NCBI GenBank assembly: GCA_964234715.1 | Contig: OZ174277.1 | Length of the DNA: 63,839 nucleotides | Reading direction: 5' to 3' (one strand) | From: Podarcis melisellensis | Taxonomy: Eukaryota | Shown: positions 12,099 to 22,531 of the stretch, piece after piece | Numbering within the stretch: position 1 is the first letter of the stretch | How the letters are laid out: each line of letters starts with the position of its first letter | The notes under the pieces: generated by a model | Databases searched by the model: none | What the model saw: the letters and a program-made list of their open reading frames with translations, nothing else | What the model was told of the DNA's origin: nothing | Translations under genes and position numbers: made by a program

Positions 12099-13631
12099 TA
12101 ATATATTTAATATATTTTCAACTAATTTAAGAGTAGTTTAAGTGATTTACTCGTCAAGTTGCAGAAGTGTAAATGAAATAAGTATAAATAAAACACAGGT
12201 AAAATCAGTAAAACCTCTGAAAAGGAATTATTGATTAACAAAGTTGTGTGTTGACCCATCTAAGTCTGTTTTGGTCACTTCACTACCTTGATTCCTTGCA
12301 ATATGCCACCTCCGTGGGGACGCAGACTGCTGCATTGTGTATCAGTCCCTTTTGCCCTATGGCACTTTAAATCCGGACCTTGCACCTCCAAGTCTGCCAG
12401 ACTTTCATCACAGTTCAATTTCAATTAAGCCACTCACTATTTACAGCAATGTAACGGAAAGTAGATTTTGGCTCATTATCACTATAAATCTGAAGTAATA
12501 TACTAGTGTCTCAAGACATTACTTCATTTTCATAACTAGGAGAAGATTTCATTTCTGTGGATTTGTGTTAAAAGCAATTTGGAAACTTTGCAACAATGAT
12601 ATTACCATAAAACTGAAAGCAATGAAAGTATCATGAGGAGCAGCTATTGCGTAATCTTCATATCTAATTCTTCCATCTTAATTACTGTGGGAATTTAAGT
12701 GTGCTATGTTCTTAAGTACTCTAAAGAATTAGCTCATTTAAGAAGAAAAATATCATTATTTTGAAATAACCTTTTCTCTTTCCGCTCTCCATTTTGTTCT
12801 TAAATTGTAATGTGTCTGTGTGTCAGGGAGGGGGTATATCCAAATCTTTATAATTAGAACCAGAGAACAGGGGCAAGTCTGGGAGTTCACTGTGGCGTAA
12901 ACCAACTATGATTCTTTTCTATTATTAGGACATGGGTAAAAAGCTAGTTCCTTGGGTTATTGCAAATGCAGCTTAAAAAATGAGTGGCCAGCATAGCATC
13001 GGAGGAGCAAATTGCAACACAATTCTATGCATTACTCAGAAGTAAGTCATGTTTAGTTCAATGTAGAGTGTACCCAAGTGACACAAGATTTCAACCATCT
13101 ACAATACCTACAATCAGGACTGGTCCTACCCATTAGGCAGAGTGAGGCAGCTGCCTTTGGCAGCGGATTGTAGAGGTTAGAGAAGTGGTGAGATGTTGGG
13201 AGGACAGAGCTGCAGAGTTGACCACAATCCCCGGCCTGAAGCCTCAAAGATTAGCCTGCTACCACCAGTCTTGGAGTAAAATTCAGCTACCCATCTAGAC
13301 AGCTTCTGTACGTGCCCTTTCCTGGGTTCACCCTGTGTGATGGCCTGGGATTCCGAGTCTGAGAGCGATCCGGAGGAACCCCAGCCGGCACAGGAGTCCC
13401 CGCCTCCAGGGCCGGCTGAACTGGGGCAAGGCCTAGTTGCTGAGGAAACTCAAGAGCAGGCACCAGGTGAAATCATTCAGGCCCCAGAGGTGCTGGAAGA
13501 CTCAGTGGCTACAGGTGAGCCTCCTCCAGGACCCAGTAACCCTTCGGCCTCTCCTGATCTGCAGAGGCTTAGGGCAGAGAGGCGAAGGGAACTGGTGTCT
13601 CCCAGGAGGAGTGCTCGCCTTAAGGCCAAGA

Positions 13632-13717
13632 GAGGCGGGGCTTCTGGGGGCCGGGACCGCCCCCGGCCTTAGAAGAAGATAAAGGTCAGGCAGCCCGGTC
13701 TCAGGTTGCGGGAGCAA
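13632..13717 (+). promoter_or_regulatory. Putative LTR core promoter and transcript 5' end
   Basis: GC boxes (GAGGCGGGG, CCGCCCC) and a TATA-like GATAAAG at 13678. About 30 nt downstream lies GCGGGAGCAA (13708-13717), which is complementary to the PBS. The TSS position is inferred. Confidence 0.6.
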
Positions 13718-13780
13718 CGTCGTTGTGAAGTATCTGCTTTACCCAGTCCTTGTTTGGCACTCTCAGTGTGCCTATTCCTC

Positions 13781-13951
13781 GCCTGGATTCCTGCTTCTGC
13801 CTTACCAGTGTTCCTGCTTCCCCGCCTGGATTCCTGCTTCTGCCTTACCAGTGTTCCTGCTTCCCCGCCTGGATTCCTGCTTCTGCCTTACCAGTGTTCC
13901 TGCTTCCCCACCTGGACTCCTGCTTCTGCCCTACCTCCGTTCCTGCTGACC
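13781..13951 (+). repeat. 43-bp tandem array in 5' LTR (3 perfect + 1 degenerate unit)
   Basis: Unit GCCTGGATTCCTGCTTCTGCCTTACCAGTGTTCCTGCTTCCCC at 13781, 13824 and 13867, with a degenerate copy from 13910. Confidence 0.97.
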
Positions 13952-14017
13952 TGCCCGGCTCCCTGTTGATCTTGGCCTACGGTAATAATACCTCATCCCC
14001 CCTGGGACCAGCACAGT

Positions 14018-14027
14018 TTGCTCCCGC
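14018..14027 (+). promoter_or_regulatory. Primer-binding site of self-priming (Tf1) type
   Basis: TTGCTCCCGC starts after a 2-nt spacer following the 5' LTR and lacks the TGG expected for tRNA-CCA pairing. It is the exact reverse complement of LTR 13708-13717. Confidence 0.75.
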
Positions 14028-14078
14028 CTCACCCGCACTCCCTCTTTGTTGGGGTGCGTTCGGGAAGATTCAGAGGCC

Positions 14079-17000
14079 ATGGCTGACCAAGCGGCTACAT
14101 TGTTGGCAATAGCCCAGGAGAACCAGGCCTTGACGCACACCGTGCAGCAGCTCAGTAACGTGGTTGCGGCACTACAGCAGCGTTTGGACGCCCTACCGGC
14201 TCCTGGGGCCGACGCCCCGGCTTCTGGCAAGTACCCAGTGGCCTTGCCTGAGAAGTTTGATGGGGCTCCGGCCAGCTTTCCCATGTTCCTTGCCCAGGCC
14301 AAGCTGTATATTCAGGGGCGCGCCCGGAACTTCCCCGACGACCGCACCAAGGTGCATTTTTTGATTAGTTTGTTAAAGGACCAGGCGGCCAAGTGGGCGT
14401 TGCCGCTGCTCAGGCAAGACTCCCCCTTGCTGGCAGACTACGGGGGGTTTTGCAATCTGTTGGAGGCCGCGTTCGGCAACCCTTTGAAGGGGAGTCAAGC
14501 CAACCGGGCGATTCGGCGGTTGAGACAGGGCAAGTCCAAGGTGGCCGCATACACCACAGAATTCCGGCTGCTGGCACAGGACTTGACCTGGAACGACTCT
14601 GCTCTTCGGGACCAGTATCTCGAGGGGCTTTCAGATGAGATACTGGACCAGCTGGCCACAATGGAACGCCCCACCACGCTAGACGCTCTTATTCAGCGGA
14701 GTCTACAGATAGACGATCGGCTAGAGGACCGGCGTCAGGCTCGGGGCCGCCGGCACCTCCAGTTCTCGGCCCCGGGGTCCACCAGCAGCCCCACAGGCCC
14801 AGCTGAGTCATTGGAGGAACCCATGCAGCTTGGGGCAGTGCGGCCACGCCTCTCCCCCGCAGAGAAGTCGCGGCGTCGGGAGGGGAATCTATGTCTCTAT
14901 TGTGGCGGAAGCGGACACTATGCACGATCCTGTCCTGAGAAACCGCCAACCCCAGTAGCTGATGGCCCTGGCTCCCTGGGGTCCCAAACAGCACAGAATG
15001 GGACCGCACCAATCGAATTACAACACCTTATGGTTCCGGTACATCTATACCCTCCAGGAGGGCCATGGATTCTTACCCATGCCCTGGTGGATTCAGGGGC
15101 AACCCGCTCTTATATGGACGCTGCTTTTGCTGCCCAGCATCGGGTGCCACTTCGGAACAAGCCAGAACCGGTACAGGTGGAGGCAATCGACGGACGGCCA
15201 CTGCGTTCGGGCGCCGTCACTCGAGAGACCCAGCCCCTGGTCCTGTGCCTCCAGCAGCACCGTGAGATGCGAACTCTGGATATTGCCTCCATGCCCCGGT
15301 TCCCCCTGGTGCTTGGGATGGACTGGCTAGAGGATCACAATGTGCAGATTGATTGGGTCAAACGGACTGTACACTTCCCAGACCCCAGTTCGTCTGCTGA
15401 GACTGAGATGCTAGCAGCTGTGCCCACTGAGGAGGCTGCTGCAACGCTCCCCGCGGAGTACCGGGACTATCACGACGTGTTCGAGGAACGGGGGGCAGAC
15501 CAGCTGCCGCCGCATCGGTCCTTTGACTGCGGCATAGACCTCCAGCCCGGAGCGCCTCTACCGGTGAGTCGCTTATACTCGTTAACAGAGCCAGAGCGCG
15601 AGGCTTTGCAGGACTTCTTGCGCAAGAACCTGGAGCGAGGGTTCATTAGACCTTCTACCTCGCCCACTGCTGCGCCAGTGCTCTTTGTTAAAAAGAAATG
15701 TGGGGAGCTCCGCCTTTGCCATGATTACCGGGCCCTGAACAAGATTACCATCCCGGACCGGTACCCCTTGCCCCTTATTTCGGAGTTACTGGAGCGGGTG
15801 CAAGGGGCGCAGGTGTTCACCAAGCTAGACCTCCGGGCAGCCTACAATTTGATTCGGATCCGCGCCGGGGATGAGTGGAAGACAGCATTCGGGACCCGGT
15901 ACGGACAGTTTGAATACCTGGTTATGCCCTTTGGTTTGTGCAACGCGCCTGCTGTGTTTCAACGGTACATCAACCACGTATTTCAGGACTTGCTAGACAA
16001 GTACGTGGTGGTGTACTTGGATGACATTCTGGTTTACTCTCGTGACCCGGCGTGCCACGAGGGCCATGTCCGGACCGTGCTGCAGCGCTTGCGCGAGCAT
16101 CGTCTGTATGCAAAGCTCAGCAAGTGCGAGTTCCATCAGCAGTCAGTGGACTTCCTGGGTCATCGACTCTCACCAGGTGGGGTGCAGATGGATCCTGGGA
16201 AGGTGGCAGCGGTTCGAGAATGGGCGGCACCTCGGAACCGCAAGGACCTACAGCGTTTCCTGGGGTTCGCCAACTATTACCGGACCTTCATTGCGGATTA
16301 TGCTCACCGCACCACCCCGTTGACCCGGCTTCTGCGCCCCAAGACGCCGTTTTCCTGGGACAAGGAGGCGGAGGAGGCATTTCAAGGGTTGAAGGCCTGT
16401 TTCCAGAGAGCGCCAATCTTGCAGCATCCGGATCCTTCTCGACCCTTTGTGGTAGAGACTGACGCCTCCAGTACGGCTCTCGGTGCCGTCTTGTCTCAGC
16501 AGCACGAACCGGAAGCGCCACTCTTACCCTGCGCCTTCTATTCCCGCCAGCTCCTTCCAGCGGAGCGTAACTATACCGTGTGGGAGCGGGAACTGCTGGC
16601 CATCAAGGTGGCCTTTGAGGTTTGGCGCCACCATCTTGAAGGAGCAAGACACCCGGTGGAGGTGAGAACCGACCACCGGAACCTGGAATACCTCCAGACC
16701 ACCCGCAAGCTGAACCAAAGGCAGATCCGGTGGGCGTTGTTCTTTTCCCGGTTCCAGTTCCGGATCCGCTACATCCCTAGCTCCCAAAACCAGAAGGCGG
16801 ATGCCCTGTCCCGGAAACCTGAAGACAACGCAGACACGGTTCAGCAAGCAGCACCCACCACGATCCTACCACCAGCTGCATTCCTGGCCACCCAGGAGGT
16901 TGAGCCACTGCAGGCTCGGGTGCGGGAACAGCAACGGGTCGACGCTTGGGCCCAGGAACGACTCCGGGAACTGGCCGAAGGATCATGCCCTCAGTATCCA

Positions 17001-18716
17001 GGGCTGGTTTCGCATCAGGGTCTTCTGCTGCACCACGGGCGCCTGTACATCCCACCAGGGCCGCTGCGGGCTGAGGTTCTCCGGATGTCCCATGACGCTC
17101 CAGCGGCGGGGCACTTTGGGCGGTATCGGACCACCCATCTGGTAAGCCGTGAGTTTTGGTGGCCCCGCTTGAAGGCTGACGTGGCTCGCTACGTCGCTGG
17201 TTGTGACGTCTGCAGGCGGGCCAAGGGGCCTACCGGGCGACCCCCCGGCCTTCTTCAGCCGTTGCCGGTTCCACCACGTCCTTGGCACACAGTTTCTCTA
17301 GACTTTGTAGTGGAGTTACCCCCGTCTCGTGGCTGCACCTGCCTTCTAGTTTTCTCCGACCACTTCACGAAGATGGTGCACTGTGCCCCCTGCCCATCCA
17401 TACCCTCAGCTAAGGAAACCGCGCAGCTGTACCTTCAGCATGTCTTCCGCCTGCATGGCCTACCTGAGCGTGTAGTATCCGACCGCGGCGTTCAGTTCAC
17501 GTCCCGGTTTTGGCGTGCTTTGCACCAGGCCCTCGGAACAGAGGTCTGTCTCTCATCTGCTTACCACCCACAGACTGATGGCCAGACAGAACGGGCGAAC
17601 GCGGTACTGGAACAGTACCTCCGGTGTTACTGCAGCTACCAGCAGGACGACTGGGTCGACCACCTAGCATTGGCGGAGTTCGCTTATAACAACGCGGTGA
17701 ATGCGTCCACCCAGCAGACCCCGTTCCAAGCCAGTTATGGCCTTCACCCACGGTTGTTTCCGGATGTGCTGCCGGCATCTGCGGTCCCTGCGGTGACAGA
17801 GTGGCTTCAGGAGCTCCAGTCCCAGCAACAGCTGTTGATGGAGCAGCTGCGCCAGGCCAAGGAGGCGTACAAGGTCCAGGCCGACCGCCACCGCCAGGTG
17901 GGGCCGGAACTTCACGTTGGTGACTTGGTATGGCTTTCCACTCGCCACCTCCACCCTTCTCGACCTTCGCGGAAGCTGGACGCCCGGTTCACCGGCCCGT
18001 TCCCTATTGTGGACCAGGTCTCGCCTGTGGCATTCCATCTCCAGTTGCCAGCAAACCTGAAGGTTCACCCGGTATTCCACAGGTCCCTTCTGAGTCCGGT
18101 GGCCCCACCCGACGAGTTCCACCCAGACCGTCCCCGACCGCAGCCAGTTTTGGTGCAGGGAGAGCCAGAGTACGAGGTGGAACGCATTCTGGACTCCCGA
18201 TACCGCAGGGGAAGGCTGCAGTATCTCATTGACTGGAAGGGGTATGGGCCAGAGGACCGCTCCTGGGAACCAGCGGTCAACGTCCACGCACCTGCCTGCA
18301 TCCGGGAGTTTCATGCAGCGTACCCCAGCAAGCCGGGTCCGGGCCCTCAAGTGAGGGGGGGGCCTGGGAGGGGGGATGGTGTGATGGCCTGGGATTCCGA
18401 GTCTGAGAGCGATCCGGAGGAACTCCAGCCGGCACAGGAGTCCCCGCCTCCAGGGCCGGCTGAACTGGGGCAAGGCCTAGTTGCTGAGGAAACTCAAGAG
18501 CAGGCACCAGGTGAAATCATTCAGGCCCCAGAGGTGCTGGAAGACTCAGTGGCTACAGGTGAGCCTCCTCCAGGACCCAGTAACCCTTCGGCCTCTCCTG
18601 ATCTGCAGAGGCTTAGGGCAGAGAGGCGAAGGGAACTGGTGTCTCCCAGGAGGAGTGCTCGCCTTAAGGCCAAGAGAGGCGGGGCTTCTGGGGGCCGGGA
18701 CCGCCCCCGGCCTTAG
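14079..18716 (+). CDS. Gag-Pol polyprotein, single ORF, 1545 aa from the first ATG (Gag/CCHC, protease, RT, RNase H, integrase, chromodomain, LTR-encoded tail)
   Basis: ATG in strong Kozak context gccATGg. Motifs in order: PEKFDG Gag, [14 protein letters not shown] knuckle, LVDSGAT (~15090), YLDD (16014-16025), ETDAS RNase H, H..H..CDVC plus D-D-E integrase, [24 protein letters not shown] chromodomain (~18168-18320). No internal stop. Confidence 0.97.
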   Translation: MADQAATLLAIAQENQALTHTVQQLSNVVAALQQRLDALPAPGADAPASGKYPVALPEKFDGAPASFPMFLAQAKLYIQGRARNFPDDRTKVHFLISLLKDQAAKWALPLLRQDSPLLADYGGFCNLLEAAFGNPLKGSQANRAIRRLRQGKSKVAAYTTEFRLLAQDLTWNDSALRDQYLEGLSDEILDQLATMERPTTLDALIQRSLQIDDRLEDRRQARGRRHLQFSAPGSTSSPTGPAESLEEPMQLGAVRPRLSPAEKSRRREGNLCLYCGGSGHYARSCPEKPPTPVADGPGSLGSQTAQNGTAPIELQHLMVPVHLYPPGGPWILTHALVDSGATRSYMDAAFAAQHRVPLRNKPEPVQVEAIDGRPLRSGAVTRETQPLVLCLQQHREMRTLDIASMPRFPLVLGMDWLEDHNVQIDWVKRTVHFPDPSSSAETEMLAAVPTEEAAATLPAEYRDYHDVFEERGADQLPPHRSFDCGIDLQPGAPLPVSRLYSLTEPEREALQDFLRKNLERGFIRPSTSPTAAPVLFVKKKCGELRLCHDYRALNKITIPDRYPLPLISELLERVQGAQVFTKLDLRAAYNLIRIRAGDEWKTAFGTRYGQFEYLVMPFGLCNAPAVFQRYINHVFQDLLDKYVVVYLDDILVYSRDPACHEGHVRTVLQRLREHRLYAKLSKCEFHQQSVDFLGHRLSPGGVQMDPGKVAAVREWAAPRNRKDLQRFLGFANYYRTFIADYAHRTTPLTRLLRPKTPFSWDKEAEEAFQGLKACFQRAPILQHPDPSRPFVVETDASSTALGAVLSQQHEPEAPLLPCAFYSRQLLPAERNYTVWERELLAIKVAFEVWRHHLEGARHPVEVRTDHRNLEYLQTTRKLNQRQIRWALFFSRFQFRIRYIPSSQNQKADALSRKPEDNADTVQQAAPTTILPPAAFLATQEVEPLQARVREQQRVDAWAQERLRELAEGSCPQYPGLVSHQGLLLHHGRLYIPPGPLRAEVLRMSHDAPAAGHFGRYRTTHLVSREFWWPRLKADVARYVAGCDVCRRAKGPTGRPPGLLQPLPVPPRPWHTVSLDFVVELPPSRGCTCLLVFSDHFTKMVHCAPCPSIPSAKETAQLYLQHVFRLHGLPERVVSDRGVQFTSRFWRALHQALGTEVCLSSAYHPQTDGQTERANAVLEQYLRCYCSYQQDDWVDHLALAEFAYNNAVNASTQQTPFQASYGLHPRLFPDVLPASAVPAVTEWLQELQSQQQLLMEQLRQAKEAYKVQADRHRQVGPELHVGDLVWLSTRHLHPSRPSRKLDARFTGPFPIVDQVSPVAFHLQLPANLKVHPVFHRSLLSPVAPPDEFHPDRPRPQPVLVQGEPEYEVERILDSRYRRGRLQYLIDWKGYGPEDRSWEPAVNVHAPACIREFHAAYPSKPGPGPQVRGGPGRGDGVMAWDSESESDPEELQPAQESPPPGPAELGQGLVAEETQEQAPGEIIQAPEVLEDSVATGEPPPGPSNPSASPDLQRLRAERRRELVSPRRSARLKAKRGGASGGRDRPRP
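18366..18376 (+). promoter_or_regulatory. Polypurine tract (PPT)
   Basis: GGGAGGGGGGA ends 3 nt before the TG start of the 3' LTR at 18380. Confidence 0.88.
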
Positions 18717-19102
18717 AAGAAGATAAAGGTCAGGCAGCCCGGTCTCAGGTTGCGGGAGCAACGTCGTTGTGAAGTATCTGCTTTACCCAGTCCTTGCTTG
18801 GCACTCCCAGTGTGCCTATTCCTCGCCTGGATTCCTGCTTCTGCCTTACCAGTGTTCCTGCTTCCCCGCCTGGATTCCTGCTTCTGCCTTACCAGTGTTC
18901 CTGCTTCCCCGCCTGGATTCCTGCTTCTGCCTTACCAGTGTTCCTGCTTCCCCGCCTGGATTCCTGCTTCTGCCTTACCAGTGTTCCTGCTTCCCCACCT
19001 GGACTCCTGCTTCTGCCCTACCTCCGTTCCTGCTGACCTGCCCGGCTCCCTGTTGATCTTGGCCTACGGTAATAATACCTCATCCCCCCTGGGACCAGCA
19101 CA
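18380..19102 (+). repeat. 3' LTR (723 bp)
   Basis: Direct repeat of 13336-14015 with one extra 43-bp unit, followed by TSD CCCTG. Confidence 0.98.
18825..19038 (+). repeat. 43-bp tandem array in 3' LTR (4 perfect + 1 degenerate unit)
   Basis: Units start at 18825, 18868, 18911 and 18954, with a degenerate copy from 18997. Confidence 0.97.
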
Positions 19103-19213
19103 CCCTGCCAACAATGTACAATTCCAACGAAAGTGATTGTGTGGAAGAATTTTGTAGAGGAAAACAAAACAACTTTGCCATTAATATACTTGATTTTCCT
19201 GAGATAGCATAAC

Positions 19214-19633
19214 TGTCAGGAGCTTGTCCTACACTCGAGTAGGACCCTGGCAGAGACACATGCCTGACTGGCATGTTCTCTCCCTCCTGGTCTATCGTTC
19301 GGGAGCTTCGAAAGCTTTCTTCAGCCCGAACATCACAGCAACCAATGCCAACTTAGGGATCCGCAGTTTGCGTAACATACCTCAGCAAGTCAGCATTTTG
19401 GCTAATCTACTTTATTTACATATAAACACACACGGAGCACTGCAACATGGCTCCCTCTCTCTCTAGCATCAGAAAGCAAAGAGAAAGGACAAAGGACAAT
19501 TTTCCCACTTCACGGAACACAGTAACACAAACATCCTGTCTCCGTCACTTCCCACTCTGTGGAGTCAAAACATACACCATCATGTGATAGACAACAATCC
19601 CATGCCTGCAATCACGGAGCAGGAATTCTAAGA
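19214..19633 (-). mobile_element. Solo LTR (420 bp), third LTR family
   Basis: Plus-strand ends TGTCAGG ... TTCTAAGA (one mismatch from ACA). Perfect 5-bp TSD ATAAC (19209-19213, 19634-19638). AATAAA on the minus strand at 19411-19416. Confidence 0.8.
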
Positions 19634-21191
19634 ATAACTACGGTATACTAATGACTGAAAATAAGCCATTAAAAACTGAACATTTAAAATATTCTTACCA
19701 CTGCATTCCCCCCCCTCCTTGCCAGTGCATTGTGAGGTTTTAAACATGCCATTCATGGATGAGCATCAAGAATTGTGGTCATTTAACACACCCTATAAAC
19801 ATAGACTCGATAACAAGTATTGATCTTATGTTCCTGGAAGAGTGGCTCCTGGCCTCAGCTGTGAGTGGTTACGCCTCTTGATGTTCATAAACTCAAGCAT
19901 CAAGCCACTGAGTAATCATTACAGAAAGACTGAGAGTGGGATTTCTGCAAAATACAGTGCCAACTCCTATTATATTATTGCTGTGATTGTGGGTGGGGAA
20001 GAGATATTAGACAAGAGTAGAGCAGTCTACGTCTATGAAAGGTACGCGGTTCAAACCCCCTTTCAGCTCATGAGGGTCTATTACAAGCGCGGGGTTGTTG
20101 TAAGAATAAAACACAATGAAATGGCCAAGTAATTAGTACATGAGAAATTACTACAGGAATGATAAAAAGGTAATGTTTTTTCTCTTATACTATGGGCCCA
20201 TGCTCCACATCACAAACTGCTTACAAAAGTCCTCTTCATTTTAAAAGTGGTTTGCTCCAGTTGAGAACCACGGGCAAGAAGCCCCCTTAGCCATGAGGAA
20301 CTACTTGCTCTGTTTCTTGGATGCTGGCTCATGGATCTGAGTTCAGAGCTTCCTGAACTTGGCTTTTCCAAATGGCATTAGAAAACACTCTCCTATTTTC
20401 ATTATAGGACCCTTTTGAGAATTGAAAACATATTATCACACCATTTTCTCTTTCCCACATGCTTTCCCTGTAAAACATTGTTTCTTCCTTTAGTCATTTC
20501 ACAGACCTTAACAGTGCAACAAAATTCATTTATTTCTGAATTACTGTTATTTGTCTCGATGCCAGTGACAGAGCAAATATTTGGCTCAGTTGGTGTAATT
20601 CAGCAAAATAGCCAGATTTGATTGGGTGAATTAAGGAATGACTACTGTGGTGCAATCTGATATCCTAACATTTGTTTCAGTCAATCAGCATAGGTATTTG
20701 TTTTCTTCTTTACTCATGTTCTCTACCAAATTTCTCTCATGTCAAGAAATATCCTATGGATGCTACCATAGCTTCCAGTGCCCTGATTAGTAAGAAGGGA
20801 CAGGAGGCCCTGTATAATTGTTGTGGCATTGGTGGGCTTTGTATTCTTAAGCTATTTAGAGCAGAGCAACTTCAGTTATAGCATGCTTTATGGGTCTGCA
20901 TGAGCAATGCTTCAACCCCCTACAATGAACTGCCAAAGCTTCATAAAAGGGCTCTACAGGTATAGCAGTCTTACATACCACCTAAAGAATATCAAGTAAA
21001 TCTCCACCAAAAGAGAACACATCCGCTTTAAATCCTTGAAAGCTGGGGAAAATACCATACTCTTTTGCCAGACCAGCCACACAGCTGATGTATTGGGCAT
21101 ATGGGGCACTGCTCTGACTCACAATAATATCCATAAATATTAATTTGAAATTCCTGGAAATGAAACAGGGACAAATTACTTTCTTGTATCA

Positions 21192-21407
21192 GAGTGTGCA
21201 TAAAAATACATATATTAGTGAAAATTGCTTTGCAAAAATGTGTATATAGGGCAAAATTGCATAAAATAATGTGTATATTAGGAGAAATTCACACAAAAAT
21301 GCTGATACTTTTTCATAAAAGAAATCCCAGATGGATGTGGAAATGTGAAGATCTGAACTTAAGATTGGAAAAATGAGAAACTGATATTGAAAGATTTGCA
21401 TGTCCCT
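21192..21407. repeat. AT-rich element with degenerate ~31-bp internal tandem units (probable non-autonomous DNA transposon remnant)
   Basis: Recurring aaaatg/tgtgtatattag/gaaattgc units across about 21194-21300. Confidence 0.55.
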
Positions 21408-22205
21408 TTCTGACACAAAGGACAGAGCACTGGACTTCAAGAAGGTTTCAGCCTCAGGCCACCCACATCCACTTAGGATTCCATGCTCTGCCTCATAGCA
21501 TCAAAACTCATTCAATCAGTGGGGTATGACTTGTCTGTTCCACAGTATTGTTATGAGGGGGAAAGAAGAAAAAGAATGTAAAGCACTTTACAGACTACAC
21601 TGATAAAATGACTTATCATAGCCATTGTCTTCATCATACAAAAAAGAATGTGATGATGTTTGTCCTGAACTAAAGTTTCAGCAACTTTTGTCACCAGCTT
21701 GAAAAAATGCTGAATCAATCTTCTAATTAGGAAGCTTTGTCCTAATGTTTTATTGATTTTAACTTCCAATAATTTAGTGTGGTACTATAAGTTCCCAAGT
21801 CTTTGATGACACAGCCTAAAATGCCACTGATTTTTATGCTGCGTACACCCACTCTTCATTCTTATCCAGTCTGTGATCCTATGTGCAAATCTTATTTTAC
21901 ATTCCAAGAGTAGCATTTTTGGTGTTTAAAAAAGCATTGCTCTAGCATATCTGTATCAGAGTATCAATTAGCACAAATTAAGTACACATGATACACTTCA
22001 GTTTATTTGCGTCAATGAAAATTGCTCTTCACGTAGCTTTAGATACTCTTTGGGCTAGCATTAGAATAAACGTTTTGGTCTCTCAGACAAAAAAGCAGAC
22101 TATTCTTTTAGTGAATAACTAAATAACATTTCAACTGAATGCCACTGATTATCAAACAAAACAGTGAAATGGATCCAGAAATATGTATATGCTACACATC
22201 CAGAA

Positions 22206-22531
22206 GGGACACAGGTGGCGCTGTGGGTTAAACCACAGAGCCTAGGACTTGCCGATCAGAAGGTCGGAGGTTCGAATCCCCGCGACGGGGTGAGCTCCCG
22301 TTGCTCGGTCCCTGCTCCTGCCAACCTAGCACTTCAAAAGCACGTCAAAGTGCAAGTAGATAAATAGGTACCACTCCGGCGGGAAGGTAAACGGCGTTTG
22401 CCAGAAGCGGCTTAGTCATGCTGGCCACATGACCTGGAAGCTCCCTCGGCCAATAAAGCGAGATAAGTGCCGCAACCCCAGAGTCGGTCACGACTGGACC
22501 TAATGGTCAGGGGTCCTTTTACCTTTACCTT
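22206..22531 (+). mobile_element. Sauria SINE (Squam1), full length with internal deletions
   Basis: GGGACACAGGTGGCGCTGTGGGTTAAACC head, B-box GGTTCGAATCCC, (ACCTTT)n tail. TSD TACACATCCAGA at 22193-22204 and 22532-22543. Confidence 0.95.

Larger units (their letters stand above)
13336..14015 (+). repeat. 5' LTR (680 bp)
   Basis: TGTGATGG...CCAGCACA. Matches 18380-19102 except for three C/T differences that I found (13380, 13753, 13763) and one fewer 43-bp repeat unit. Confidence 0.98.
13336..19102 (+). mobile_element. Full-length Ty3/Gypsy chromovirus LTR retrotransposon (Tf1/sushi group)
   Basis: Two near-identical TG..CA LTRs, 5-bp TSD CCCTG (13331-13335, 19103-19107), intact gag-pol in PR-RT-RH-IN order plus chromodomain, and a PPT before the 3' LTR. 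Confidence 0.99.

Noticed and set aside
13337-13672. 111-aa ORF in the 5' LTR as an independent gene
   Set aside because: It is the LTR duplicate of the pol tail and lies upstream of the inferred TSS. It has its own ATG (13340), so separate translation from the 3' copy is not excluded, but nothing here supports it.
13781-13951. CRISPR-like array
   Set aside because: Head-to-tail identical units without unique spacers, in eukaryotic LTR context, with no cas genes.
14046-14078. ORF-track start at 14046
   Set aside because: Non-ATG codon. The first ATG, in strong Kozak context, is at 14079.
13706-14112. ORFs in all three frames across the LTR array (also 18750-19136)
   Set aside because: By-product of a stop-free, A-poor 43-bp repeat. 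The repeated peptides match no domain.
14935-14945. GAGAAAC as a PEG10-like slippery site
   Set aside because: Not an X XXY YYZ heptamer, and gag and pol are already in frame.
17664-18473. 269-aa antisense ORF over integrase
   Set aside because: Expected shadow ORF of GC-rich coding sequence, with no recognisable domain.
22206-22290. tRNA gene
   Set aside because: The A/B boxes belong to a SINE head continuous with SINE body, tail and TSD.
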